Shown: positions 49,389 through 57,509 of the stretch, piece after piece
Layout: every line of letters begins with the position of its first letter
Position numbering within the stretch: position 1 is the first letter of the stretch
IMG/VR virus record: IMGVR_UViG_3300008107_005855
Location: 1 to 64,000 of that record
DNA from: a virus
Length of the DNA: 64,000 nt
Reading direction: 5' to 3' (one strand)
Position numbers and translations under genes: made by a program
The notes under the pieces: generated by a model
Told to the model about the DNA's origin: nothing
Databases searched by the model: none
The model's input: only the letters and a program-made list of their open reading frames with translations

Positions 49389-50673
49389 GCCTGCAACATT
49401 ATGTATGGCGCCTTGGACGCACACATATCTAAGCCCACAGACTGAAAGACGTATGTGTTGTGCCAGTCGTGAGCCTGCACAAAATTTTCAACAATACATT
49501 GACACAGCAGCCGGAAGCGGCCAATACACACCAATTACACTAGACACTCATTGGAACAGCGAGCACATGAAGTCGGTGCGTAGACGAATGATGGCAGGAG
49601 AGACCCTGCCCGAGTGCGAAGTATGCAACGACAAATTGTTAAACACATCGGTGTACAGGTCGTACTTTAATAGTTTATTTGACCATAAGTATTTGCAAGC
49701 AATGCAGGAAACTGACGACACTGGTCATACAACAATGAAGCCGGTTAGTTGGGATTATCGATTTAGTAACTTGTGTAATTTTAAATGCCGCATGTGTGGC
49801 GACATGTTGTCAAGCGCATGGGAAAGTGAACAGCGACAACATAATATGATCGATTGGGCTAATCCCAAAAATACATGGATGCGGCCCGAGATAAAAAAAG
49901 AGATTGAAAATTTTCAATCAAACCAAATTGAAGAAGAGTTTTCTAACGCAGTTGAAGAACATCGTGTAGAAGAAGTATATTGGGTCGGTGGCGAACCATT
50001 GATGTATGAACAACATTGGCGTTATATGACTCGCATAATAGAACTAGGAGATGGCCCACATGTTTATGCCAGGTACAACACCAATCTTAGCCGAGTTGAT
50101 TATCAAGGGCGTAACCTTTATCGCGATGTTCTGGCTCATTTACGAGATTGGCAAATTTGCGCGAGCATTGACGGCACTGGAGAAATCGGTGAGTATATTA
50201 GGACAGGACTTAATTACGAAAGATGGCTCGAAAACTTCAAACAAGGACTTGCCATTGCCCGACACAGTCGACAAATGCGATTAGACTTTACGCTAACATT
50301 ACCGGGAATGTTTGAAGTTGAAAAAATTAATCAATTGGCAAAAGAATTAAATGTAGATGTCTTGGCCAAAGTAATTTTTAGTTTTAGCCCGGACATAGTT
50401 ATGTCACCGCTAGCACTACCCAGGAAACTATTAGAACCCTGGGTAGACGATATATTGCACTCCATTGATAAAGGAGCTCTACGTGATATACTTGTCCAGC
50501 TAAAAACTAGACCCACTTTTGAAGAACAATGGCCTGACACATACAAAGAATCTATTGTGCGTGGCAAACAACGTATATTAAAGTTAGAACAAATACGTGA
50601 TCAAAAAGTAACATACGCAGATATATTATCTGCCAGACCTGAGGTATTAACATGGTGGATGAACATCAATTAA
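49381..50673 (+). CDS. Radical SAM protein with N-terminal twitch-like Cys domain
   Basis: LCMAPW...MCC...CEVC, then CNFKCRMC, WVGGEP, YNTNL, SIDG. Confidence 0.9.
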   Translation: MNKPATLCMAPWTHTYLSPQTERRMCCASREPAQNFQQYIDTAAGSGQYTPITLDTHWNSEHMKSVRRRMMAGETLPECEVCNDKLLNTSVYRSYFNSLFDHKYLQAMQETDDTGHTTMKPVSWDYRFSNLCNFKCRMCGDMLSSAWESEQRQHNMIDWANPKNTWMRPEIKKEIENFQSNQIEEEFSNAVEEHRVEEVYWVGGEPLMYEQHWRYMTRIIELGDGPHVYARYNTNLSRVDYQGRNLYRDVLAHLRDWQICASIDGTGEIGEYIRTGLNYERWLENFKQGLAIARHSRQMRLDFTLTLPGMFEVEKINQLAKELNVDVLAKVIFSFSPDIVMSPLALPRKLLEPWVDDILHSIDKGALRDILVQLKTRPTFEEQWPDTYKESIVRGKQRILKLEQIRDQKVTYADILSARPEVLTWWMNIN

Positions 50674-50678
50674 TCAAT

Positions 50679-51074
50679 ATGCGTGATCAAAGAAGTTGTA
50701 ACGGTTGCACTAAATGTTGCGACGGCTGGCTGTCTGGCAAAGTATACGACCATGCATTTTTTCCTGGACAGCCTTGTTTTTTCAAGTCGTCTGCTGGTTG
50801 TTCCATTTACTCAGAGCGTCCACAGGATCCTTGTAAAAACTTTGAATGTGTGTGGGTTGAAAATAATAGTCCGTTACCTAGCTGGATGAAACCCAGTGAA
50901 ATCAATTGTATGATTGTGCGAGAAACATTTGAGGGTGTTCCGCAGTTGACAGTCTATGAAGCTGGGTCTAAATTAGATAGTTCAGTGTTATCGTGGATAG
51001 TGACTTATTGTCTTAACAAAAAAATAAATTTAGTATATCAAGTTGGCGGTGGCTGGAACAGGATTAATTTCTAA
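50679..51074 (+). CDS. YkgJ-like CxxCxxCC cysteine-cluster (Fe-S/Zn) protein
   Basis: RSCNGCTKCC...PCFF...GCSIYSERP..PCKNFEC; ATG 50679 preferred to 50652. Confidence 0.75.
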   Translation: MRDQRSCNGCTKCCDGWLSGKVYDHAFFPGQPCFFKSSAGCSIYSERPQDPCKNFECVWVENNSPLPSWMKPSEINCMIVRETFEGVPQLTVYEAGSKLDSSVLSWIVTYCLNKKINLVYQVGGGWNRINF

Positions 51075-51075
51075 A

Positions 51076-52212
51076 ATGAAAAAAGTTAAAGTAGTATTAC
51101 GAAATCCTTTGGATAAAAAAGATATCATTGATTACAATATAGAAATCAATGATACAAAACTATCACAGGACTGGATCAGCGCACTCAAAGGAACCTTAGT
51201 TAACGGAAACCTATTAGAAAAGAATTTTTGTTTTATGGGATTTCCTCGTACTGCACGTAATCTGTCATTCTTGTGTAATGAATTAAATTCAAGCATTTAC
51301 AAAATAAATCTGTTTAATAGAACACAACAATGGCAACAGGCCGGACTTAAATCTTATGTGATTGAAGAATATTTCACACCCGATATGGTGCGATTCGGAG
51401 ACGAGTATCCATTGGGGTATGATGACAGCAACCTTGGGCTAGGACTTAAACACGGAGTAATGAATAGATTACACAATCATTTTGAAATATTACAAGGAAC
51501 AGTTTGGGGACTCAGTGACTATTATAAAATTGCCGACTATGAAACCAAGTATGCTATTAGACAATTGAATAATCTATGCCACGAAATAGAAAATCTTGTG
51601 CTTAGTCAACGCAAACAAAACATTGCACCAGAATGGATACGACCTAGTCAAATTACTACATTTTTACATGCCGAACGACATGAACTGACTTTGGAACACA
51701 GACAAGGATTTGCATCCAATGGATACGACAGAAAGTTTGGCCATGTGTACATGCACTGGACACAAATTGGAAAAACTTTGTATGAGGTTTATCGCGACGA
51801 AAGCGCACCAGAATTAACAGATACAGTATGCGAAGCAATTAGTGAACTTAAATTTTACAGCGGAGAATTTGATGTTGAGCTAGGCAGAGATTTAACACAC
51901 GGAGGCGATGACCAATGGTATACAGAAATGATGGATGGATTTTATACATGGTTAGAGCGTAATGGAAAAGATCGCAATGATCCTATGTTAAGTCTGGGGC
52001 ATTTGGAATTGGGTTCTATTCCGCTTAAAGAAAGTTTTGGTGCAATCGAGCACGATACAATATGGAACCTATTAGGTAACCACTTAGACATTTACTCAAT
52101 TGAAGTAGATGGTGTAAGCAATACATTTGAATATTGTTGGAGCGATCTTGATTACAAACAAAAACAAATCGATATGATGAGGCCAGGATATGATTATAGT
52201 AGCAGGAGGTGA
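51076..52212 (+). CDS. Hypothetical protein
   Basis: Long ORF; NRLHNHFE...LNNLCHEIE...FGHVYMHWTQIGK; ATG 51076 preferred to the TTG start of the track. Confidence 0.7.
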   Translation: MKKVKVVLRNPLDKKDIIDYNIEINDTKLSQDWISALKGTLVNGNLLEKNFCFMGFPRTARNLSFLCNELNSSIYKINLFNRTQQWQQAGLKSYVIEEYFTPDMVRFGDEYPLGYDDSNLGLGLKHGVMNRLHNHFEILQGTVWGLSDYYKIADYETKYAIRQLNNLCHEIENLVLSQRKQNIAPEWIRPSQITTFLHAERHELTLEHRQGFASNGYDRKFGHVYMHWTQIGKTLYEVYRDESAPELTDTVCEAISELKFYSGEFDVELGRDLTHGGDDQWYTEMMDGFYTWLERNGKDRNDPMLSLGHLELGSIPLKESFGAIEHDTIWNLLGNHLDIYSIEVDGVSNTFEYCWSDLDYKQKQIDMMRPGYDYSSRR

Positions 52213-53011
52213 TAGTTTTGTATTTGGCAGCGAACTTGCTGACCAAAAACTTGCAACACCAAGTAACAGTACAATACCAGCATTGCTGGCAAAATCAATT
52301 GGCGCTGAATATCAATGTACAGCGTGGCCGGGTAATGCCAACAGTGCCATTGCTAGGCAGGTTATGAATACATGTGAGGCTCATAAATCCAAGGAACTAT
52401 TTGTTTTTGTCTTATGGACATTTACCCATAGATATGAATTTAGATTTAACTACAATACTCAACGCCGTAACACTCCTTGGTATAGTATAAATTTATGGGA
52501 TATTGTTGACAATCCAGCTAAACTCAAAAAGGAATTTGCAAATTTTGATCCCGATGTATTTGATTCACATGTTAAAAATAAAGTTCTAATAGACAATGTT
52601 GGAATGACTGATTTTGTTAAAACTTTTTACAAACACGTTGGTAACAGTGAGTACTATGAAACATATAGTACACTAAAAGAAATTTTGTTTTTGCAACAGT
52701 ATCTTGATTTAAATAAAATACCTTACTTGTTTGCCCCTGCTGACATTTATCTTGAGAATCATGACAATTGTCTTAAGCATTCTCAGGATGCCACTATGTC
52801 TACAGTGTATAATCAAATTAATTGGGATAACTGGTACACATTTCCTCCGGGTGTAGGCAAACACGAAACTGAACACGACAGAGGGTTTTACCAATGGGCG
52901 ATTGAGAATAAATACCCAGTGGGCACTACACATCCGTTGGAACAAGCACACTCTGACGCGGCGCAATTAATGAAAGACAAATTCAATGAACTGGTTAAAA
53001 AATCTGTATAA
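52190..53011 (+). CDS. SGNH/GDSL hydrolase-fold protein (acyl esterase/transferase-like)
   Basis: Block I GGDSFVFG, block II PGNAN, C-terminal TTHPLEQAH. Confidence 0.75.
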   Translation: MIIVAGGDSFVFGSELADQKLATPSNSTIPALLAKSIGAEYQCTAWPGNANSAIARQVMNTCEAHKSKELFVFVLWTFTHRYEFRFNYNTQRRNTPWYSINLWDIVDNPAKLKKEFANFDPDVFDSHVKNKVLIDNVGMTDFVKTFYKHVGNSEYYETYSTLKEILFLQQYLDLNKIPYLFAPADIYLENHDNCLKHSQDATMSTVYNQINWDNWYTFPPGVGKHETEHDRGFYQWAIENKYPVGTTHPLEQAHSDAAQLMKDKFNELVKKSV

Positions 53012-53087
53012 TCGTATGATGTTAGAAATACGTTATCGCAAGAAACTTAAAGAACTACGCAAACGCGATCCATTTATCTACAAATGA
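52986..53087 (+). CDS. Small basic 33-aa peptide missing from the ORF track
   Basis: MNWLKNLYNRMMLEIRYRKKLKELRKRDPFIYK; fills the gap between the SGNH genes and its stop forms an ATGA overlap with 53084. Confidence 0.65.
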   Translation: MNWLKNLYNRMMLEIRYRKKLKELRKRDPFIYK

Positions 53088-53716
53088 TACTAGTACTAGG
53101 CGACAGTTTTACTTACGGTGAAGAATTAGCATCACCCGAGGAATCTGCTTGGCCTGTACTATTAGACATGGAAGCAAAAAACTATGGCCATCCTGGTGCC
53201 AGTAACGATTTAATGATGCGGTTACTGACAAACCACACTCGGTATGGTCACTATAGTCACGTTATTATTGCATGGACAACTCCTAATCGCATAGAACTGC
53301 CATCAACTCAATCGCCAGAAGCTGACGTTGGAAAATCAAAACCAAAAAAATGCAAGAACATTGGCGCCAACAGTTACAGGAAGTACGGAAAAATTGTAGA
53401 CGATATTTTCAGCGACTGGGATGAAACGTGGGCGTACACAAAATTTGAAACTCAGATGTGGATGGCAGATGCCTGGCTAACACAACAAAAGATACCGCAC
53501 TTGTTTGTCAGTACATTTGATATTCAACGAATAGTAAACAAAACAGGTTGGTCTAGTAGACCCGACTGTTATTATGGGTTTTATCCTGCAGAAGGATTAG
53601 TAGAATGGATGGGCGATTGTCCCAAAGGTCCAGGCGGACATCCGCTAGAGTTAGGGCATCAAAGAATAGCAAAGAAAATCAATGAACATATTAGGCATCT
53701 CGGCTGGATTTCATGA
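53084..53716 (+). CDS. SGNH/GDSL hydrolase-fold protein
   Basis: LGDSFTYG, GHPGASN, GGHPLELGH. Confidence 0.75.
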   Translation: MILVLGDSFTYGEELASPEESAWPVLLDMEAKNYGHPGASNDLMMRLLTNHTRYGHYSHVIIAWTTPNRIELPSTQSPEADVGKSKPKKCKNIGANSYRKYGKIVDDIFSDWDETWAYTKFETQMWMADAWLTQQKIPHLFVSTFDIQRIVNKTGWSSRPDCYYGFYPAEGLVEWMGDCPKGPGGHPLELGHQRIAKKINEHIRHLGWIS

Positions 53717-55190
53717 CGCGGCTGTTACAGTAATCAAAGACGACGAAATAGTCTTTGCCGGACACGCAGAACGTTACAGTAAAATAAAAAACGATTCGCA
53801 TCTCAATGATAAATTAATTGGAGAGGCATTAGAATTTGGCGACCCAGATGTAGTGTCGTATTACGAACGTCCCTGGGCAAAAAAATTACAACAACTATAT
53901 TCCGGACAATACAATGAAGCGTTCAATTTTAGCAATTACACTTTGGGTCAGTATCTGCATCAACATATATCTAATCCTGTTTATCTTGAGTCATTACTAC
54001 GATGCCCTCGAAAATATATGTCCCATCATCATAGTCACGCCGCAGGAGGATTCCAGACCAGCCCCTTTGATCGAGCGACAGTGGTTGTAATTGATGCCAT
54101 TGGAGAACTAGACACCGTATCAATTTGGGGTGCAGAATATGTCAACGGACAGGCCAAGTACACAAAGCTATGGGGACAACGGTATCCGCACAGTATTGGA
54201 TTGTTCTATAGTGCAATGACCAAACGTGTAGGACTTAGGCCCTTAGACGAAGAATACATAATGATGGGCATGGCCGCATACGGTGACAAAAACCAATATC
54301 AGTTGTTAAAAGAAATGTCTAATAGCTTAATAAAATCGTATAAAGATATTACTTTCAAAGAGAATTTGCATATAGGTGTCTCTGATGATTTTGCAAAAGA
54401 TGCAAATGAGATGGACATCGCTACCAGTGCTCAATTGGTATGTGAGGAATTGGTTTATAGTGTAATGACCCGAGCCAGAGACTTTAACTGGTCCAACAAC
54501 TTAGTTTACATGGGTGGAGTTGCACTTAACTGTTTAGCCAATAGACGCTTAGGAGATTACTTTGAGAATATTTGGATTATGCCTAATCCCGGCGATGCTG
54601 GTAGTAGTCTCGGTGCTGCCGCTTTGGCTCATGGAGGTAGAGTTAACTGGACCAGTGCTAGTCTCGGGACTAATATTTCTGGGCCTTATCCCGTTGATGG
54701 CCTTTTGGATAGGCTACTTACTGAACAGATTGTGGGAGTTGCCTCGGGCAGAGCCGAGTTTGGTCCCCGCGCACTTGGAAACCGTAGCCTCCTTGCAGAC
54801 CCTAGAGGCAGCGAGATTAAGGAGAAAGTAAATGAAATCAAACGTAGACAACAATTCAGACCCTTTGCGCCCGTTATTTTGGAGGAGTTGGCTGATATGT
54901 ACTTTGATATGCCTAGGGGTTGGAGTGACAGTAGGTATATGCAACTCGTCGGTCGTTGTAGGGTTCCTGAGTTATTTCCTGCTATCGTTCACCATGATGG
55001 CACTAGTCGTATACAAACTGTTCCACAAGATGGAAGCGGAATACGAAAATTATTAGAAAAGTGGTACGCAACAACTGGATGTCCAATGTTACTCAATACC
55101 AGTTTAAATATCCGTGGCGAACCCATGGTCAATGACCGCACTGATGCGGATCGGTTCGAACAATTATATAACGTAAAGGTTTTATCATGA
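53682..55190 (+). CDS. O-carbamoyltransferase (NodU/CmcH/TobZ family)
   Basis: ILGIS..HDAA, ERYSKIKND, HHHSHAA, DAIGE, MGMAAYG, GGVALNC, GDAG, EFGPRALGNRS, FRPFAP, DGTSRIQTV, LLNTSLN. Confidence 0.93.
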   Translation: MNILGISAGFHDAAVTVIKDDEIVFAGHAERYSKIKNDSHLNDKLIGEALEFGDPDVVSYYERPWAKKLQQLYSGQYNEAFNFSNYTLGQYLHQHISNPVYLESLLRCPRKYMSHHHSHAAGGFQTSPFDRATVVVIDAIGELDTVSIWGAEYVNGQAKYTKLWGQRYPHSIGLFYSAMTKRVGLRPLDEEYIMMGMAAYGDKNQYQLLKEMSNSLIKSYKDITFKENLHIGVSDDFAKDANEMDIATSAQLVCEELVYSVMTRARDFNWSNNLVYMGGVALNCLANRRLGDYFENIWIMPNPGDAGSSLGAAALAHGGRVNWTSASLGTNISGPYPVDGLLDRLLTEQIVGVASGRAEFGPRALGNRSLLADPRGSEIKEKVNEIKRRQQFRPFAPVILEELADMYFDMPRGWSDSRYMQLVGRCRVPELFPAIVHHDGTSRIQTVPQDGSGIRKLLEKWYATTGCPMLLNTSLNIRGEPMVNDRTDADRFEQLYNVKVLS

Positions 55191-55981
55191 CACAAAGAAT
55201 ATTAATAATGGGATTACCGGGCGCTGGAAAAACTTATCTAGCACAACATATCGTAGATCATCTACAAGCAGATAAAAAACGTGTGGGTTGGCTTAATGCC
55301 GACGATGTGCGTAAGAAGTACAATGATTGGGATTTTAGCGAAGCTGGACGTATACGTCAAAGTTTGCGTATGCGTGAACTAGCAGACGCAATGACCGAAT
55401 GCGACTATGTCATATGTGACTTTGTTGCTCCACTGGTTGAAATGCGTAACAACTTCAAAGCCGATTGGACCATCTGGGTTGATACCATAGACAAAGGTCG
55501 CTATGAAGATACCAACAAGGCATTCGTTCCTCCTGAAGTATATGACTTTAGAATCACAGAACAACGTGCCGAATGGTGGGGCGAGTTCGTTGCCGCACAC
55601 ATTGTAGACAATAGACGCAGGCCCGCCTTTGATTGGCAAAAAGAAACTGTACAGATGCTGGGCCGTTGGCAACCTTGGCACCCAGGGCATCGGGCATTGT
55701 TTGAAAGACTGATTGCACGTACCGGACAGGTGATCATACAAATTAGAGATGTGCAAGGATGGCAAGGTAGTAATCCTTTTAGCTTTGAGCAAGTGGCAGG
55801 ATTTATCAAGCGAGATCTCGATCCTCTGTTTCAAGGACAATATGAAATCATGTTAGTACCCAATATTGTACACATCGGTTGGGGTCGCGGAGTAGGCTAT
55901 ACATCAGGCGAAGAAACATTCGATGAATCAATTACACAGATTTCAGCCACAAAGATACGCAAAGAAATGGGACTCAAGTGA
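55187..55981 (+). CDS. cysC: Adenylylsulfate kinase-like domain fused to an HxGH nucleotidyltransferase domain
   Basis: GLPGAGKT, LNADDVR...DFSEAGR, FVAP; C-terminal LGRWQPWHPGH and ISATKIR. Confidence 0.75.
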   Translation: MTQRILIMGLPGAGKTYLAQHIVDHLQADKKRVGWLNADDVRKKYNDWDFSEAGRIRQSLRMRELADAMTECDYVICDFVAPLVEMRNNFKADWTIWVDTIDKGRYEDTNKAFVPPEVYDFRITEQRAEWWGEFVAAHIVDNRRRPAFDWQKETVQMLGRWQPWHPGHRALFERLIARTGQVIIQIRDVQGWQGSNPFSFEQVAGFIKRDLDPLFQGQYEIMLVPNIVHIGWGRGVGYTSGEETFDESITQISATKIRKEMGLK

Positions 55982-56187
55982 GCGAGAGCTCAACTCGTAG
56001 TGTAGTCAAAACAATCAGTTGGCGCATAACTGGTAGCGGTGCTACCTTTGCTATCAGTTATGCCATTAGTGGCGATCTAAGCATTGCAGGATCGATTGCG
56101 GTAATACAGATTGTTGCCAATACTTGTTTGTACTTTGTACACGAACGAATCTGGAATAAAATAAATTGGGGGAGAGACAGTGTCTAA
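55978..56187 (+). CDS. Small membrane protein (DUF2061-like)
   Basis: RSVVKTISWR...hydrophobic...YFVHERIWNKINWG. Confidence 0.75.
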   Translation: MSESSTRSVVKTISWRITGSGATFAISYAISGDLSIAGSIAVIQIVANTCLYFVHERIWNKINWGRDSV

Positions 56188-56404
56188 ATTTCTAATTAGA
56201 TTTAACACCGCAGGGTTTGGCCAAACTAAATTGTTGTGGAAAGTAATCGAAGGCGAAAAAGAGCATCTGGCAAAAGATGTTCTTATACATGCAACACCGG
56301 TATACAGTGAAGTTAGCTTTGAAGGCACTAATCCTAAATGGAATTTAGCAGTCGAGGGCTGGCTTGATTGGGAAGGTGAAGTTGCGGTGATACGCAATTT
56401 ATAA
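56180..56404 (+). CDS. Hypothetical protein
   Basis: 74-aa ORF, FLIRFN...LWKVIEGEKEHLAKDV. Confidence 0.55.
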   Translation: MSKFLIRFNTAGFGQTKLLWKVIEGEKEHLAKDVLIHATPVYSEVSFEGTNPKWNLAVEGWLDWEGEVAVIRNL

Positions 56405-57509
56405 TATTTGTTTTTAGTTCATCCCAGCAGTGATCTAAAAACTCTGGGCTGTTGAACAACTCATAATTATGATTTAATATATCTTCCATGCTGTGTAACA
56501 TACCAGTTAACTCGTCGTTGCTTTTTTGACAAAGCAACTCAAGTTGACCAGCAACAGCTTCAAGTCGTTGATATGGATCGTTGATTGTGTCGTAGCTTTC
56601 GTCCCAATAGTCTCCAAATGTTTTAAATCCGTAACTGCGTAAATACTCCAGGTTATGAGCACAACCTAGCAACATAAAAGGTTGTCTTAGCAATATGGGT
56701 TTAAAAATCTTTTCTGTTAAATGTTTTTTGGTTTCCCAGAAACAAGTTTCTGTTACCACTTGCACAAAACTTTCTTGTGCTTCTATAATTGGTTCCAGAC
56801 TAAAACTTTGATTGGGAATTTGGTCGCTGTAATCGATTCTAAAGCTATGTGTGGTATTTTCAACATTGGCAACAGTTTGCTGTATTAGCCAATTTGGTAT
56901 ATTGCATTCTGTTGATTGATCCAATAGATTAGAATAAAGGTCACTGCCGTCGATACAATTTTTACTGTAGCTAATGTGCCCGTGGTCAACTAGTTTTCTT
57001 TTAATTAGTTCATTGACAAATAAACTTCGGTAAACACGACGACCGCTGGTGATACGATTGAATGTGATGAATTTTTTCTTTACGGATCTGTCTGCAGGCA
57101 TAGTATACGACGAATCATATTTGATTCCTCTATACCAATCCGAGGCTGCAAATGCATGATGAAAGTAATAGACCACAGGCCATCCATATTTTTTTTGTAT
57201 CTCTTTGACTGGCTCACTGTCTTTTTCTGTAGTAACTAAAATGTGTGGTCCGGCTAATTTATTAATGTGATCAAATAATTGGTGGTTAAATTTTCCATAG
57301 AACGGCTCTTGGTCATAAAATATAAAAAGCGGACCATCTTTTCCTGGCACCAAATTTTTGATGTCGTGTGCTGGTAGCAAGTCCATTATGGTTTCTACGT
57401 TTTCTGGACTACTAGCACCATATGGGTGTAGGTATAATACACGCCGATGTGTTACAATACCTTTTAGCATCTTAAAGATGTTTTGATAATGACTGTGAAT
57501 ATTATACAT
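56334..57509 (-). CDS. Glycosyltransferase-like protein (GT-B; GT10/exostosin-like VVTET...TEK motif)
   Basis: KFITFNR...YRSLFV...VQVVTET...LTEKIFKPI...QPF...LEYLRSYGFKTF...WDESYD. Confidence 0.6.
   Translation of the reverse strand: MYNIHSHYQNIFKMLKGIVTHRRVLYLHPYGASSPENVETIMDLLPAHDIKNLVPGKDGPLFIFYDQEPFYGKFNHQLFDHINKLAGPHILVTTEKDSEPVKEIQKKYGWPVVYYFHHAFAASDWYRGIKYDSSYTMPADRSVKKKFITFNRITSGRRVYRSLFVNELIKRKLVDHGHISYSKNCIDGSDLYSNLLDQSTECNIPNWLIQQTVANVENTTHSFRIDYSDQIPNQSFSLEPIIEAQESFVQVVTETCFWETKKHLTEKIFKPILLRQPFMLLGCAHNLEYLRSYGFKTFGDYWDESYDTINDPYQRLEAVAGQLELLCQKSNDELTGMLHSMEDILNHNYELFNSPEFLDHCWDELKTNIINCVSPQLHLPNQASPRLLNSI

Noticed and set aside
42501-50673. Radical-SAM array as 7-deazaguanine (QueE) or anaerobic RNR activase genes
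   Set aside because: No folE/queC/queD/dpdA or nrdD in the window; the proteins are longer and carry extra N-terminal Cys domains
55379-55840. 153-aa antisense ORF within the APS-kinase fusion
   Set aside because: Fully antisense to a gene with clear motifs and has no recognisable features of its own
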